Source: Podarcis filfolensis
Taxonomy: Eukaryota
Assembly (NCBI GenBank): GCA_964270895.1
Contig: OZ185442.1
Direction: 5' to 3' (one strand)
DNA length: 64,000 nucleotides
Shown: one piece after another, positions 58,863 to 64,000 of the stretch
Layout: every line of letters begins with the position of its first letter
Numbering within the stretch: the stretch's first letter is position 1
Notes under the pieces: model-generated
Databases searched by the model: none
The model's input: only the letters and a program-made list of their open reading frames with translations
Told to the model about the DNA's origin: nothing
Made by a program: the position numbers and the translations under genes

Positions 58863-59250
58863 CCTCTGGAACAGCTGACTGAAGACTCTAGAGTGCCGCC
58901 TTCCTCACTGAAAGACAATATCCCAAAGATGAAAGGCATCAGTTCAGTACTGTCAACACTGACTGGCAGCAGCTCCACAGGTTTCCCAGCATGTGACTAC
59001 TACAAGCCCTACCTGAAAAGGTCAGGGATGGAACAGCGTCAAAATTCGTCAGAATACATCTTCCAATTTTAAAACCTGAGGCATCGCATTTCTAAGTCAG
59101 ATTGCATGCACGCTTTCTGAAGCAGTGGGGTGAAATTAAAATGACAAGTTGTAAAGCATGGAGCAGATGGGAGAGGAAGGAATTATTACATCTATAGTCC
59201 ACCTTTACCCCCAAGGAATTCAAGGTGGCACAAATGGTTCTAGTTCTCTC

Positions 59251-59802
59251 CATCATCTAGGCAAACTAAGACCTGGGGGCTGGATCCGGCCCAATCACCT
59301 TCTAAATCTGGCCCACAGACAGTCTGGGAACCAGCGTGTATTTTACATGAGCAGAATGTGTCCTTTTATTTAAAATGCATCTTTGGGTTATTTGTGGGGC
59401 CTGCCTGGTGATTTTACATGAGTAGAATGTGTGCTTTTACAGTGGTACCTCGGGTTAAGAACTTAATTCATTCTGGAGGTGCATTCTTAACCTGAAACTG
59501 TTCTTAACCTGAGGTACCACTTTAGCTAATGGGGCCTCCCACTGCTGCCGTGCCGCCCGTATGCGATTTCTGTTCTCATCCTGAAGCAAAGTTCTTACCC
59601 CGAGGTACTATTTCTGGGTTAGCGGAGTCTGCAACCTGAAGCGTCTGCAACCCGAGGTACCACTGTATTTAAAATGCACTCTGGGTTATTTGTGGGGCAT
59701 AGGAATTTGTTCATTATTTTTTTTCCAAAATATAGTCCAGCCCCCCACAAGGTCTGAGGGACAGTGGACCGGCCCCCTGCTGTAAAAGTTTGCTGACCCC
59801 TG
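59251..59802. mobile_element. hAT-type MITE with an internal ~60-bp duplication, interrupted by a mariner MITE
   Basis: ggcaaactaagacc...gtttgctgacccctg ends; duplicated aatgtgt...tttaaaatgca...gggttatttgtggggc unit. Confidence 0.75.
59440..59665. mobile_element. Tc1/mariner-type MITE
   Basis: TIRs cagtggtacctcgggtt / aacccgaggtaccactg, TA TSD. Confidence 0.9.
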
Positions 59803-60359
59803 ATCTACAGCTCTATGAGGTAGGCTGGGCTGAAAGCCAGTGACTAAGCCAAGGTCACCCAGGGCTGAAGCAGAATGACTTGAAACTCCAGAGAAGCAGT
59901 CCAGTTACTCCAACCACACAGAGAAACTTCAATTGCATACTTATGTTTTATGTAAACCACTTGAGAGAGCTTGCCCATTAAATAAATAGCAATAAAGGGA
60001 ATAATTACTGAAGCGATGTCACCCACCCACCCAGGGGTGCCAACTTGAATAAAATATTGGGGGAGGGGTTAGAGCCAGGTAAGTCCCACCCCACAAAAAT
60101 CGATCACATGACATGGCACACACGCACCATTTGAATGGCAACACCCATCAACTTTTGGGGGGGGCGGTCCCCTCAAATATTTTCGGGGGAGAGCCCAAAG
60201 TACCTCAGCCCTTAGACTCCAACGCACACAGCCATCTAAAGGAGCTTCCGAGTTTCCTTCCGTCCAGGTTCACAGAAGTTACACAATTTGAAATTATCGT
60301 TTGATTTGTAATTCTGCAGGGCTGCCCATTTCATGCCACTCAGCGTGTTAGGGAAACCT

Positions 60360-60880
60360 GACAGGAGCAAGCACTGAATCCGTCTTAGACAGAAGCGAGT
60401 CGGAAACGCCCAGAAAGCAAACGGCACACTTTCCCTGAAAGAACCCCTTCACCTTAATCTCGGAAGCAGCAGGGAAGCCCGGCCAACAGCGTCGCTTGCA
60501 GCAACCTGAAGAGCGAGCGACTGCAACGACGCCCACCCCGCACCCAGCAGTAGCCCAGCACGAAGTGAGCACGGCGCGCCGCGCGCGCTCTTTTTCAGCC
60601 GGAGCTCCGCGTGCCTCTCCCGCCACACCTGCGCGCAATTAACACCTGACCGCGAGGCGGCAGCCTGAAGTACGCGTGCGCGGGGCGGGGGGGGTGGTGG
60701 TGGTGAAAGAAGCGCCTCACCTGAAGAGTTAACTCTGTCGCTTCCGGGCAACAGGAATTGACCACGAGGGTTCGCTACGCCGAGAGGACGGTAGAAAAGA
60801 AACAAAGCAAACTTTGGTCAGATGCTGTAATTTGTTCTGTGCCCACCTCAGAAAAGGGTGGTGAGGGCGGCTCCGGCTGT
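60360..60880. promoter_or_regulatory. CpG island, FBXL8 promoter and non-coding exon 1
   Basis: CpG-dense; minus-strand donor CAG|GTGAG at 60720; ETS-like cttccgg at 60741; GC box. Confidence 0.8.
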
Positions 60881-60889
60881 ACTTGAAGG

Positions 60890-61537
60890 CAGGGCCGGAT
60901 TTAGGTTTGATGAAGCCCTAAACTACTGAAGGTAATGGGGCCCTTTATATGTCCAGCTGTCCTTTCCCAACAACAAAATGTCACTGTTTTTTTGTGTTGA
61001 ATATATGCTATATGGTAATTTATGGACCTAATAGATATCTAAAGTCATTTGCACATAACAAAATATGTATTTTATCAAAGCAATTGTTGAACTGATACTG
61101 AAATACAATTCCCTACATCATAGGAGCCTACACAACACAAAACACTGTTGCTGTTTGTAGGTTTTATTTTGTTTTTTATCTTATATTTTGGAAATGTACA
61201 TCCAGGTGTTTTTTCTTTAAATTTTTTTGCGGCCCCCAAGAGAGTGGGGCCCTTGGCTATAGCTTGTTTAGCTTATACAGTGGTACCTCGGGTTACATAC
61301 ACTTCAGGTTACATACGCTTCAGGTTACAGACTCCGCTAACCCAGAAATACTACCTCGGGTTAAGAATTTTGCTTCAGGATGAGAACAGAAATTGTGCTC
61401 CGGCGGCACGGCAGCAGCAGGAGGCCCCATTAGCTAAAGTGGTGCTTCAGGTTAAGAACAGTTTCAGATTAAAAACACACCACCAGAACGAATTAAGTTC
61501 TTAACCCGAGGTACAACCGTACATAAATCCAGCACTG
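60890..61537. mobile_element. hAT-type non-autonomous element interrupted by a mariner MITE
   Basis: TIRs cagggccggattta / taaatccagcactg; TSD cttgaagg / cttggagg (7 of 8). Confidence 0.85.
61278..61519. mobile_element. Tc1/mariner-type MITE (same family as 59440, opposite orientation)
   Basis: cagtggtacctcgggtta ... ttaacccgaggtacaaccg, TA flanks. Confidence 0.88.
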
Positions 61538-62718
61538 CTTGGAGGCTCCGCAATCATTGTTGAGGGGTGGGACATTTAGGGGTGCAACCACAAAAGTGAA
61601 ACACATTTTTAGCATTCAGAAGAAAATAGATGCAGAGCCAATTTTCATTAGTCCAGTAGATACTTACTTGAGAGTAAACCCCATGGAACTCAGTGGAGCT
61701 TACTTCTGCGTAGAAACAAATTGACAGCCAGTGCAGCTATTTTGGAGCAAGGGATTATACACGTCCCAAGGCAAACCCAGCCAATAATCTGGCCGCTGCA
61801 TTTTGGGCCATTTTGAGTTGTCTCCAAGGGCAGCCATGTGCAGAGCACATTGCAACGATCCGCTCTGTCTCTTCTCGGAAACAAGTCCTGTTGTGTTCTT
61901 CCCCAACCCCCACGTCTTTTTCTCTGTACAACAGGAGCTTGCACTTTGCAGGAGTTCTTATTTTGTATTTAAAGAAAACTCTGGATGTTTGGATAATTGA
62001 TATTATCTATGATAGTTTAAATACATTGCTCCTGGCCAGGGCAGTTCTATCTCTGCCTACCAGGGGAATAAATAAGCCAGGTGTGGCTTACATAGAAGTA
62101 GCTCGTCATGATAATATTTGCTGTTTTATTCAAAGGACTGATGGCACCTCGTATATGTGATGATTATATTGAGCACAAGCCCAGCTCCCTGCTTGCATCA
62201 GGTGGGGGTGATGTTCCTGAGACTTCTTGCCTCAGTTAGGGGGAAGGAAGCCTTACACATCATGGGGGCAACAGGAGAATGTGAGCTTGGCTTTGAAGGA
62301 TTCCTTAATCCTCGTTTGTTAGGCTGCAGCGCCCCCTTGTGCCTTTACACCATTCTTGTATGCCTCCAATGTGTCCCCCCCTTTTTTTGTTTTAATTTAG
62401 AAGCTTTTTAGTTTAGTTTAGACCACTTGGGCACTTGTGCCCCTCCCCCCCCCTCCAGGATGCTAGACTCCACTCCAACTCCCATCATCCCCGGCCATGA
62501 GTCATGCTTACAAAGGCTAATGGGAACTGAGTCCAGCTTACAAACCAAGAAAAAGTTCCTCTTGCACCATTATTACATGTCTTTAGGCACCAGGCAATAA
62601 CATTCCTCTTTATCCAGGCATCTGGCCATTAAATAATCTATGGCCTGTTAAAGGGATGGGGCTGTTGTCACGATTGTTTTATCATTATGCTGCCTATCAT
62701 TGTGTTTTGTATTGTGTT

Positions 62719-63238
62719 CATAGCTGTCAAGTTACAGATTTGAAAATAAGGGACCAGCAGCCTCAAAAATAAGGGATCAGCAGCCAAAATAAGGGATTTT
62801 CCAAGCACAGGTATGTTCAACTTCTGAGCCCCTCCGAGCCAAAGGCAGAAAGCCCAGCCAGCAGCCAAAAGAAGCCTCAAGTGGTGGTTCCCACAGCACA
62901 GCAACCCGGCAAAGGGGATGCAGCAAGGGAAACCACCGTCACCTCTCTGCTGGGAAGCCCTGAGCAAAGGTGAGTCCCCAGGCAACGCGGCCGATTTGAT
63001 CGGCACAAGGCATGCAAGCTCCACCCCGCCCAGTCGTTCTTAGACTCTTTATTGGGTGAGCAACGCAGCCAAGCAACACAGTTGGAGCCTCCCTCCTCCC
63101 TGGCTGGGAGGGAGGGAGAGGAGCTGCTTCCTTTGCAACCCGGGAAATTTAAGGGACATCATCAATAAGGGACAACAGCGGGACACGGTGCTGGGATAAG
63201 GGACTTTCCCGCCAAATAAGGGACAGTTGACAGCTATG
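62719..63238. mobile_element. hAT non-autonomous element with AATAAGGGA(C) subterminal repeats
   Basis: Perfect 12-bp TIR CATAGCTGTCAA / TTGACAGCTATG; perfect TSD ATTGTGTT at 62711..62718 and 63239..63246. Confidence 0.92.
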
Positions 63239-64000
63239 ATTGTGTTTTTATGATGATTCTCCATAAAATGTCTTCTTAATGTTGTACACTGCCCAGGGAT
63301 CTTTCGATAAAGGACAGTATATAAATTGAATAAAAATAAAAATTTCTGATCTTCCCTGACACCACCCCGATGAAGAGGATTTGAACTTGAGAGAGGGGGC
63401 CCAAGCTGCACGATAGTCATGTTTCTGACAAAAAAATCCCCATATCAATATTATTAAGCAGAACTATAAAAACGCTGTATTTCGTATACAAATATTTATT
63501 GTGAATTATGATCATATCACAGATTTAAAGTGCTATGATTTTGCAAGAATCTGAAAAATATATGCCACTCTGTAAACATTGTTCACCTGTTTCTAGGGCA
63601 AAGACTGTGATTTGTTCACACTAATAGGTAATGGGACTTAGGATGCAGTCCTAACCCTACTTACCTGGGAGTAAGCCCCACTGAATACAGTAGCACTTGG
63701 AGCACAATCTTAGCCATATCAGCTGAGAAGTGTGTAATTCTATTTGGATTCTGTGTTTACCCATCTTACTCCTGAGCAGTTGCCTACTCCAGCAGTAAAT
63801 TTAGCAACAAAGTGAGAGGAAATGGAATTGCACCACAATCCTAACCATGCCAACTCTGGAGTAAGTAAGTGGGGTTTACTCAGAGGTTAGCAGAGCTAGG
63901 ATTGCAGCCTCAGTGGTGCAGACAGTACTGAAATGTACACCCCGGACACTACCAAAGGCCTAAACTGCTACTGTCCGAGAGGATAGGTGTGAATGTGCCT

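Noticed and set aside
62745-63225. Short spaced repeats resembling a CRISPR array
   Set aside because: Vertebrate DNA; irregular 9-10 bp motifs inside a TIR/TSD-bounded hAT element

Overview
Vertebrate genomic DNA. The Sauria-type and Squam3-like SINEs point to a squamate, probably a lacertid lizard (inference). Five spliced protein-coding genes were rebuilt by hand from GT-AG sites and reading-frame phase, and named from recalled similarity to human proteins: the 5' end of MBTPS1 (-), HSDL1 (-, 320 aa), DNAAF1/LRRC50 (+, about 662 aa), HSF4 (-, last exons uncertain) and FBXL8 (-, 379 aa). There are three CpG-island promoters and many SINEs and MITEs (several with intact TSDs), plus a solo LTR and an L1 3' fragment. 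Best leads: (1) HSDL1, an inactive pseudo-enzyme in human and zebrafish (F218), here has Tyr218 and a complete S-x12-Y-x3-K catalytic motif; (2) a possible FBXL8-to-HSF4 read-through switch (splice versus polyadenylation); (3) an antisense solo LTR supplying splice sites for an in-frame HSF4 insert; (4) the reading frame of the repressor isoform HSF4a is closed; (5) a mariner-type MITE carrying an ETS/NRF1/CRE promoter cassette; (6) DNAAF1 lies tail-to-tail with HSF4, joining two blocks that are far apart on human chr16. No database searches were run; every comparison with human is from memory.
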